NCBI GenBank assembly: GCA_017463185.1
Contig: JAFTPS010000014.1
Coordinates: forward strand, 40,514-104,513
Source of the DNA: Alphaproteobacteria bacterium
Lineage (GTDB): Bacteria > Pseudomonadota > Alphaproteobacteria > Rs-D84
Length of the DNA stretch: 64,000 nt
Direction of reading: 5' to 3'
In this document: positions 17,597 through 25,182 of the stretch, in pieces
How positions within the stretch are numbered: position 1 is the first letter of the stretch
Layout: each line of letters starts with the position of its first letter
Program-made: the position numbers and the translations under genes
Notes under the pieces: generated by a model
Databases searched by the model: none
Told to the model about the DNA's origin: nothing
What the model saw: only the letters and a program-made list of their open reading frames with translations

Positions 17597-18217
17597 ATGG
17601 AAAAACAAGAAATAAGAACATTTGGTCGCCGTCATGGCAAAAAATTATCGTTGCGCCAACAGACATTAATTGACAATCTGTTGCCAACATTGCGTCCCAC
17701 ACACGGGGACATTTTGGAAATTGGCTTTGGCGCGGGCGAACATGTACGCGACCTGGCGCGCGAAAATCCAGACAAAATCATCATTGGCGCAGAACCTTTT
17801 ATGAATGGTGTGGCATCCCTGCTGTCTGCGATAACAGACGAAAAAACAAATTGCATTTTGGATGAATACACCGGCATTCGCATCTGGGCGGATGACGTGC
17901 GTGATTTTCTGCGTGCGACCGATTCGCAGTTTGTTCAAATTTGGATATTGCACCCCGACCCCTGGCCCAAGGCACGCCATGAAAAACGACGCCTGCTGTC
18001 TGCAGATTTTTTGAATTTATTATCAAAATATCTTGCACCAAATGGTGAAATTATCATTGGCACCGACCATTGGGAATACTTTGATTGGATACTGGAACAA
18101 ATAAAAAATACTGACCTGACAGCGTCTATCCCAGACATGGAAATAATCCAAACCCGCTATCAACATAAAAACAAGGCGGGCACTGACGCGCCTAAATATC
18201 TAATCCTCAGACATTGA
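17597..18217 (+). CDS. trmB: tRNA (guanine-N7)-methyltransferase
   Basis: Start trimmed to MEKQEIRTFGRRHGK. EIGFGAGEH and HPDPWPKARHEKRRL motifs. The upstream part of the ORF-track entry is antisense to the GNAT gene. Confidence 0.88.
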   Translation: MEKQEIRTFGRRHGKKLSLRQQTLIDNLLPTLRPTHGDILEIGFGAGEHVRDLARENPDKIIIGAEPFMNGVASLLSAITDEKTNCILDEYTGIRIWADDVRDFLRATDSQFVQIWILHPDPWPKARHEKRRLLSADFLNLLSKYLAPNGEIIIGTDHWEYFDWILEQIKNTDLTASIPDMEIIQTRYQHKNKAGTDAPKYLILRH

Positions 18218-18881
18218 CCCAGATTTTCATATTTTCCGACAATTCGGGACGAATACTTTCAACCAATCGGGTTGCTTGCTCTATACGCATGAAATTCGGG
18301 CCAAATGCAAATTGCAGTGTTCCACGAAATTCATCATCCCAATTATTCAGCATTCCATAAATTCGCCCAACAAAATCCGATTTATCACCCGCGTCCCGTG
18401 TCAACGCAAACAGTACAGATGAAGCATTTATTTTTTTCAGTCCCGCAAAAACATCCCCCCACATATCCACTGCTATATCGCAAACATCCAATCCTATTGT
18501 CAATTCTTTGTTAAAAAATAAATCATCACGAACCATATGTGTCTGTCGCACCAAATCATCCAATGCAGCGGCGCGTAAAAACACCTGGGCACCACTTGCA
18601 CCCTGCTTAAAACTGGCATTTATTTGAACGGTCAAATCCGAAATATCATCAACATCAACCTTGCGCCCATCCAGGTAAAATCGCGATATTATCCGCACAT
18701 TTGTATTTTCCAGCCATGGCCACAACGTTCCAACCGATGCCACACCAACCGACACCATCGGCAAATTTCGCCCAGCTACAAATTCCGCCACACGGGCCAA
18801 ATCACCACTGTCCATATCCGCGCCACACCACGGCACCGCGACATCACCAATTACATCAAAAATAACATCCCTTTCCATCAT
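18207..18881 (-). CDS. Hypothetical protein
   Basis: Long ORF with no family recognised by eye. Start set at the ATGATG (MMERDV). Converges on trmB with an 11-nt overlap. Confidence 0.5.
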   Translation of the reverse strand: MMERDVIFDVIGDVAVPWCGADMDSGDLARVAEFVAGRNLPMVSVGVASVGTLWPWLENTNVRIISRFYLDGRKVDVDDISDLTVQINASFKQGASGAQVFLRAAALDDLVRQTHMVRDDLFFNKELTIGLDVCDIAVDMWGDVFAGLKKINASSVLFALTRDAGDKSDFVGRIYGMLNNWDDEFRGTLQFAFGPNFMRIEQATRLVESIRPELSENMKIWVNV

Positions 18882-18925
18882 TGTACTTTTTACTTTACCA
18901 CAAATATGATACAATAAAAATCATA

Positions 18926-19837
18926 ATGAGAAATAAATTAGACAATATTTTACTTGGCATCCTATGGTTGCTGGCGGTGACCCTGGGAACATCATTTTGG
19001 TTCAATACCCAGTTTGGGTTTAATATATTTTCGTCAGCACACTGGCAGTACCTGGCATATATGCAGGCATCACAAATGCCGGTAAAACCCATGTTTTATG
19101 GGTCTATGTTTGTGATAATGTTCATTGCGATATTCGGCCTGTATTTATTGATACGCCCACGTTTTCGCAAAATAAAATTACCGGTGCGCCATATAACAAA
19201 CACGCCCACCACGCCCCAGTCTGCCCCGGCGGCTTCACCCGCACCAACACCACAACTGGTTGCACAAACAACAATTGCCCCCACCCAAGCGCAACCCACC
19301 CCACAAATACCGGATTCTGGTCCGCGCCCACCACGCCTGAACATTCCAACTATTTCCGCGCGCCCCATTGCCCAGCCAATTGCACAACAGCCATCCCCAA
19401 CACCGGCGCAAAACAGCCCTCAAACCGATTGGCCGGAACTGCGCCAGATTTTTGAGTCCGCTGGATACACGGTCAAAACCGCCCCACACATAGGCACACT
19501 GCAAACATCCCTGTTGGCAATTGGCACAAACGAAACATTATACATCGGTGCCGTTGGCGTACCAACGGCCGCATTGCAAACCGCCATTGAAAAATTGACC
19601 CAGGTATTTTCCGATACCCTGGATGACATAGTGATAAATATAACCGGATTTATAATCGCCGCACCCGATGCGACCACCACAAACACAACGGATATATTAT
19701 TGTTTGACACCCCAGGTGCATTGCGCGAATATATGACCGAACATCCAAATGCGCCATTGCCCGACGACGACGGCGGAAACTTTGACGCATTTTCGGCATA
19801 CATATCAACCGTTATTGACTATATAGGAAAGATTTAA
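18926..19837 (+). CDS. Membrane protein with Pro/Gln/Thr-rich linker and C-terminal globular domain
   Basis: Start trimmed to MRNKLDNILLGILWLL. Two TM helices, a Pro-rich segment of about 90 aa, and an unassigned domain of about 130 aa. Confidence 0.6.
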   Translation: MRNKLDNILLGILWLLAVTLGTSFWFNTQFGFNIFSSAHWQYLAYMQASQMPVKPMFYGSMFVIMFIAIFGLYLLIRPRFRKIKLPVRHITNTPTTPQSAPAASPAPTPQLVAQTTIAPTQAQPTPQIPDSGPRPPRLNIPTISARPIAQPIAQQPSPTPAQNSPQTDWPELRQIFESAGYTVKTAPHIGTLQTSLLAIGTNETLYIGAVGVPTAALQTAIEKLTQVFSDTLDDIVINITGFIIAAPDATTTNTTDILLFDTPGALREYMTEHPNAPLPDDDGGNFDAFSAYISTVIDYIGKI

Positions 19838-20340
19838 TGCAACTGTCCCAGGGCGCAGCCGAAAAAATTATTACTGATTTAGGTATGGATGATATGCCAC
19901 TGACATTGATGCGCCCAGATTGTCGCCCCGTATCACCAAACTGGTACGCACGATATCGTGAATTGTGTCACGAATTTATAATGTCGCTGACCGATTCGGT
20001 TGAAACATTGGCATTTATGAATCTAACCCAGGATGAATTTATGAATCTGATTATGGGAAAATCAGTTCCAAACAATCTGTCTATTCGCTTTCGCACACCA
20101 TTGGTATGGGGTGGAAAATTGGAAACAGATAATCTGTTTATGTGTTGGACATTCCCACACAGCCATAACCTGGACCGATTTATAATAGGTCAAAGTGGGA
20201 ACGAGCAAATATGGTTGCCAAATCCGGCAAAAAAAATCTATCTGCCGGCGCACATGGCGTCTGGTGGTGACGGGGGCAACGCAACATCGGACCGCCTGTC
20301 GCAAATGGCGGCCCAGATTGCCGCCGGCCGTGATATATAA
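19837..20340 (+). CDS. Hypothetical protein with HNH-like beta-beta-alpha signature
   Basis: TAATG overlap with the upstream stop. aa 83-113, IRFRTPLVWGGKLETDNLFMCWTFPHSHNLD, fits ..P...GG.....NL..C....H.H of HNH folds, but RF replaces the usual HH. Confidence 0.45.
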   Translation: MQLSQGAAEKIITDLGMDDMPLTLMRPDCRPVSPNWYARYRELCHEFIMSLTDSVETLAFMNLTQDEFMNLIMGKSVPNNLSIRFRTPLVWGGKLETDNLFMCWTFPHSHNLDRFIIGQSGNEQIWLPNPAKKIYLPAHMASGGDGGNATSDRLSQMAAQIAAGRDI

Positions 20341-20360
20341 CAGTGGGGGTATAAAGTCAA

Positions 20361-20795
20361 ATGACAACTGACGAATTTTTATCCGCAATAAAATCCCGTG
20401 GCGCGATACTTGCGCCCCCCGCCCAGCCAAACCAAGTGGCATTGGCGAATGTTGCATTGCAACAACGCAGATGCGCAATGTTGCCACAATTTATAACGGA
20501 AATTTATGCTAAGACTGGCGGGATAAACCTGGGCAACGGGTACGTATTTGGCCCGACCGAGGCAGCATACAACACACGTTTCCCCGCCCCCAGCATTACA
20601 CAAATCAATGATGAAATTGCCAACAACCCCAAAACGGTTGGCAAAACAATATTTGGCCGTAATGATTTATTCTGGTTTGCATTTGACGCGTTTGGAATAT
20701 GCTATATGCTGGACAACCTGACATTAAACCCATTGCGAAAATACGACGACCCGTATAAAGCGTTGACCGATTGCTTGATTGCGGGTAAAATATAG
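20361..20795 (+). CDS. SUKH (SMI1/KNR4)-like protein, putative immunity protein
   Basis: ..ALANVALQQRRCAMLPQFITEIYAKTGGINLGNGYVFGP.. and ..IFGRNDLFWFAFDAFGICYMLD.. fit the SUKH-1 pattern by eye. Confidence 0.5.
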   Translation: MTTDEFLSAIKSRGAILAPPAQPNQVALANVALQQRRCAMLPQFITEIYAKTGGINLGNGYVFGPTEAAYNTRFPAPSITQINDEIANNPKTVGKTIFGRNDLFWFAFDAFGICYMLDNLTLNPLRKYDDPYKALTDCLIAGKI

Positions 20796-20800
20796 CCAAC

Positions 20801-21019
20801 ATGAAAAAAATATCAGTCTCTTTATCAGGCCACCAAACCAGTATTACCCTGGAACCAGAATTCATAGACGCCCTGCATGCATTGGCCGCACGCGCGGGCA
20901 AGCCTGTGGCACAAATTATAAATGAAATTGACGCAAATCGCGATACAAATACCAACCTGTCATCGGCGGTCCGTGTGTGGGTACTAAATCAAATGATACT
21001 GCGAATCGCCGGAAATTAA
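20801..21019 (+). CDS. Ribbon-helix-helix domain protein (alphaproteobacterial RHH type)
   Basis: KKISVSLSGHQTSITLEPEFIDALHALAARAGKPVAQIINEID..NLSSAVRVWVL is typical of this small RHH family. Confidence 0.7.
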   Translation: MKKISVSLSGHQTSITLEPEFIDALHALAARAGKPVAQIINEIDANRDTNTNLSSAVRVWVLNQMILRIAGN

Positions 21020-21046
21020 AAATCCCGCATGCGCGGGATTTTTTTT
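21018..21046. terminator. Palindromic terminator, family 2
   Basis: AAAAATCCCGCATGCGCGGGATTTTTTTT between convergent genes. Confidence 0.8.
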
Positions 21047-22955
21047 ACATTAGTTTTTCCACAGCATTCAACGTAATGCCACTGGAATTTTTACAACTAT
21101 TTATATCTAATTTTATTTTCACTTTGCGACATGGCGCATAACGCAAATTATTGTCGTTATTATAGTTCGGATTTTTACCCACACATTGCCTGTAATCTAT
21201 ATCATTTTCTTTACCCGTTGGAACCGAACCACTGGCACAACTACACCATATCTCGCCAAAGCCTGAGGCGGTGCTTTCACTACTGATAACATTGCCATTT
21301 TTTGAGGCGGTTAAATAATCTTTTACTGCGTTGGCACGCTGTTCTGATAATGCTTGATTATACTTTTCACTGCCCGTACCATCCGTATACCCAACGATTT
21401 CCAATTTGCATTCCGAAGCACCCGCTTCTTTCAAAGCTGATACAAAAGTATCAAAAGAAGCCTCTGCGGACGGTGTTAAATCAGACTCACTTATTTCAAA
21501 TAACGAATCCGCCGGCAACTCTATTACTTTGATAACTGGCGTGGTCGCTGTCGTCGTAATTGACGTTCCCGACTTTTTCACACATTTTCCATCGCTATCA
21601 ATTGTATGTGTATCGTCATCACACGTGCACGATTGCATATCGCCGCTGATTGTAAATCCATCAATGCAATCACAATCGCAATTATTTTTTACAATCAAAT
21701 GACTGCCATCCGACGGGGTACATTTTGGCGTACACGTGTCCGGTTTTTCAATACACTTTTTCTGGTTCTCGTCCCACAATGGCACATTATCCGGACATTT
21801 GCACGCCCCCCCAACCACGGTCTGTTTATCCGCACACTTATCACACTGCATAGTATCTGTATTATAAATCGCATTACCACTGCATGTGCAATCCGGATGA
21901 TTTGTCCCCGTCGTACCCGATGGGCATTTTTTTACCGCGGGTTTTATTTCCTGAACATCTTTTTCCAGTTTTTCTGATATCTCTTCATACTTTTCATTTA
22001 TCTCGTCGCTGCGTTCCTTGGGCGCATTACGATTCAGAACGATATTTCCAACCGCGCTGCCAATTGCACCAACGGCCGCCAAAATCATACCCTGTTTTTT
22101 CTTGTCGGCGGTCTCTTTCTTTTGTTGTGCCCATGCGGCGGCATCCGCGGATGTATCGTCCATCAATGCACGCGCAACCGATGTGTATGCCCCGCCCGTC
22201 TTGCCGACCGCAACATCATCATACAGGCCAGATTCCGCCTTATCTAATACTACCTCGGCCTCTATCCCCGGGCGCATCCCCAGGGCTTCTTTACGAACTT
22301 TTAAATCTGCCGCCAATGCTTTGTATTCCGTCACCAGTGCCGTCAATTCATTCCCACCGGGTAATTCTATGCCCGTTTCGCCACCTTGAACATTTTTGCC
22401 ACCACCATAATTACATACAAATGTGGACAGGTATGCTTTCATATCGCGTTCGGCATCATCGTCTGCGGATTGTTCGGCTGACGCGGACATAGTCTGCATC
22501 AAACCAATCCCGGTCGCACCAATACCAACCGCACCCAACATTTTATTTGTGGTGGATTGTTCCTTTTCTTTCATTTTTTTGGCGTTATCTTTTAATTCGG
22601 CAATTTTCTTTTCTGAATCCGCCTTTGATAATTTTTTCTTTGCGCCGGATTTCGCCGTATCGGACGAATTATCATCGGAATCAGAATCTTCTTCGTCTGA
22701 TTCTTCATCATCTGATTCTTCTTCATCACCCTGCTCTTCATCTGTTTCTGTGGCATCTTCACCAGTATCATCGGTTTCCGTCCCGTCAGCCTCATCATCG
22801 GATGGCTCGTCCTGTCCGTCGCTCATATCACTATCACTGGACACACCACTATCGGTACTTTCATCCGTGACGGCAACCGCATCAAAAGACACAGAAACAA
22901 TCCCCGCCCCACCAATACACAGGCACATAACAAACATCATAAAAAATTTTAACAT
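21045..22955 (-). CDS. Chimeric surface protein: acidic region, glycine-zipper segments, EGF-like Cys-rich repeats, OmpA-like C-terminal domain
   Basis: Start trimmed to MLKFFMMFVMCLCIGG (GGGGAGAG RBS). D/E/S-rich for about 100 aa. CPSGTTG..CTCSG..CDKC..CKCP.. repeats. ..LEIVGYTDGTGSEKYNQALSEQRANAVKDYL is OmpA/MotB-like. Confidence 0.8.
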   Translation of the reverse strand: MLKFFMMFVMCLCIGGAGIVSVSFDAVAVTDESTDSGVSSDSDMSDGQDEPSDDEADGTETDDTGEDATETDEEQGDEEESDDEESDEEDSDSDDNSSDTAKSGAKKKLSKADSEKKIAELKDNAKKMKEKEQSTTNKMLGAVGIGATGIGLMQTMSASAEQSADDDAERDMKAYLSTFVCNYGGGKNVQGGETGIELPGGNELTALVTEYKALAADLKVRKEALGMRPGIEAEVVLDKAESGLYDDVAVGKTGGAYTSVARALMDDTSADAAAWAQQKKETADKKKQGMILAAVGAIGSAVGNIVLNRNAPKERSDEINEKYEEISEKLEKDVQEIKPAVKKCPSGTTGTNHPDCTCSGNAIYNTDTMQCDKCADKQTVVGGACKCPDNVPLWDENQKKCIEKPDTCTPKCTPSDGSHLIVKNNCDCDCIDGFTISGDMQSCTCDDDTHTIDSDGKCVKKSGTSITTTATTPVIKVIELPADSLFEISESDLTPSAEASFDTFVSALKEAGASECKLEIVGYTDGTGSEKYNQALSEQRANAVKDYLTASKNGNVISSESTASGFGEIWCSCASGSVPTGKENDIDYRQCVGKNPNYNNDNNLRYAPCRKVKIKLDINSCKNSSGITLNAVEKLM

Positions 22956-23163
22956 TGCGACTCTCCCCAATAACGAAGCGTTAAAAACAAAACCACCTGA
23001 TTCATTCAAGTGGCAGGAGATTCGTAACTATCTTAGCAGTAAATAGCATTGCGCTTTCAGTATATGACGCAATTCTCCTGCCTATTTGGACAGGAGTTTT
23101 TTTACGTTCCACGAACGCTGCTAAAACAAGGGTTACGAAGCCCAATACCCAATCCTGGGTATC
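22956..23163 (-). promoter_or_regulatory. Structured attenuator-like 5' leader, class-2 copy C
   Basis: P1 GGCAGGAGA (23012..23020) / TCTCCTGCC (23074..23082). P0 CTCCTG (23075..23080) / CAGGAG (23091..23096). Terminator-like CCAC..GTGG plus a T-run (22985..23013). Extended -10 TGtTATAGT at 23170..23178. Confidence 0.55.
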
Positions 23164-23208
23164 ACAGATACTATAACATTATTTTTTTATTTTAACTAGG
23201 ATAATTTT

Positions 23209-25179
23209 TCAATCACGTCTTTTATCGGCAAATACCAACATCATCAATATTGAAAACACCAGTATTATTGCCATTGTGCGATACATTCCAACCATACGAT
23301 AAATTGTGTCGTGCGCCCCCCAAACGAATCCATCCAACACACCCGACGCACCAACCGGCAAAGCTGATATAACATTTCCATCCGCCCCAACAAATGCACT
23401 TATCCCCGAATAATTCGCACGCACAACCGGCACACCAGATTCTATGGCATAGCGACGCACCATATCTAAATGCTGGTATGTGCCCGGGGTATTGCCAAAC
23501 CAATTATCATTTGTAATATTGATAATTGCATTTGGCGTTGGGGCACCACGCGGAATCAACGAATCGGAAAAAATAATTTCATAACAAATTGCCGGCGCAA
23601 ACATAACATCACCAACCGATATCAATTCTGCCCCCGCCCCACGTGCCAGATTCACTGGTGCCGGCAAAATCCCCAATGGACGATATTCACCAAACGGCAC
23701 CAGGTGCGATTTATTATAAACCTGGGTTATTTCACCATCACCACCCGCCATAATCATAGAATTATAAAACCGACCATCCAAATATGTTGTTGCACCAACA
23801 ACTATATCCACGCCCACCGCGGTCGCCAGTGGCATCTTGTCCCCGTCCACAATCACAAACGGATATGTCGTTTCGGGAAAGATTATTAAATCTGGATTGC
23901 CCGCAACGGTCGCCAAACCAAATAAATTTCGTAAATTATATTCCGCATTTTGTATTGCCGCTTCGCGGTCATGTGTTGCCTTTTGCGTTTGTGATGCGCC
24001 CGGTTGTACCATACGAATAAGTACCCCCGCTTCATCCACACCACGGGACGCAACCGATATATTACGTCCACCCATATATGCACCAAAAATCGCCATTACA
24101 ATAAATACAACAAACGCACCAAAAACCGATTTTGATTTACGATTGACTAAAACCTCAACCACACTGGCAATCAAACCTATAATTATAAATGTTAAACCCA
24201 ATGCCCCCCATACCGACATAGAATTGGCAATCATCGGCCACGGCATAGAAATATTTGCAATCGGATTCCACGGAAACCCCGTAAACACCCATTCCCGCAA
24301 CCATAAAACCAGCGTCCACACGGCCGCAAACAAAAACGCCCTTTGCGCCGGATTCCGGCGTATACACGCATTCGCAACAAACGGCCAACTAAATATCAAC
24401 ACACCACCAATACCAATTCCAATAATTCCCGGCACGGTCCAAATTGCAAATTGCGCGGTCAATTCCGGCACTACATAAATAGAATGTAAAACCCACCAAA
24501 AATTAGCAATCGCATACATCGCACCAAATGGCGCAACGCGCAAAAATGATTTCCAAAAACCACCCAATTTTTTATTCCGCACGGTCAGCCAATACGCCCC
24601 CGCAATACCAATTATGGTCCACCACCATTGATAAAATGGTGCAAATCCAAACACCGCAACCCCACCAAACACTGCGTACAGCGCGTATTGCCAAAAACCG
24701 TTTTCACGAATTTTTAATCGTCTGAACAATGAAAAATCACATGCACACGAATCGAATTCATACGGATTTTTTATCCCCAATCTTTCCAAGATTGCAACCT
24801 CTTTCCTTTCCATTTTATTTGCATCACGATTGTTCAAATGGTCAAATCCCTGTAAATGCAACATCCCGTGTACCACCATATGTGCAGTGTGTTCCGCAAC
24901 CGATATACCGGCGGCCGCGGCCTCGCGAATAACGGTATCTAATGATATATAAATATCACCCAACAAAATATCATCCCCCAATTCAAACGACAAAACATTT
25001 GTTGGTTTGTCCATATTGCGGTACTGTTTATTCAGCGCATGAATTTCCACATCATCGGTCAATATTATAGACACCTCTGAATCGTTGTGTACGGGCAAAA
25101 CCGCCGTACAGGCGATTTTTTCAAAATCAATTTTATATTTTTTCCAACGCTTGTCGTTATAGTTTACATATACTTTCAT
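23209..25179 (-). CDS. ybeY-lnt: Single-ORF fusion of YbeY (rRNA maturation endoribonuclease) and Lnt (apolipoprotein N-acyltransferase)
   Basis: aa 1-140 carry HGMLHLQGFDH. From about aa 150 there are Lnt-like TM helices and a nitrilase-like domain (..IIFPETTYPF.., ..PAICYEIIF..). No stop codon between the two parts. Confidence 0.8.
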   Translation of the reverse strand: MKVYVNYNDKRWKKYKIDFEKIACTAVLPVHNDSEVSIILTDDVEIHALNKQYRNMDKPTNVLSFELGDDILLGDIYISLDTVIREAAAAGISVAEHTAHMVVHGMLHLQGFDHLNNRDANKMERKEVAILERLGIKNPYEFDSCACDFSLFRRLKIRENGFWQYALYAVFGGVAVFGFAPFYQWWWTIIGIAGAYWLTVRNKKLGGFWKSFLRVAPFGAMYAIANFWWVLHSIYVVPELTAQFAIWTVPGIIGIGIGGVLIFSWPFVANACIRRNPAQRAFLFAAVWTLVLWLREWVFTGFPWNPIANISMPWPMIANSMSVWGALGLTFIIIGLIASVVEVLVNRKSKSVFGAFVVFIVMAIFGAYMGGRNISVASRGVDEAGVLIRMVQPGASQTQKATHDREAAIQNAEYNLRNLFGLATVAGNPDLIIFPETTYPFVIVDGDKMPLATAVGVDIVVGATTYLDGRFYNSMIMAGGDGEITQVYNKSHLVPFGEYRPLGILPAPVNLARGAGAELISVGDVMFAPAICYEIIFSDSLIPRGAPTPNAIINITNDNWFGNTPGTYQHLDMVRRYAIESGVPVVRANYSGISAFVGADGNVISALPVGASGVLDGFVWGAHDTIYRMVGMYRTMAIILVFSILMMLVFADKRRD

Positions 25180-25182
25180 TTC

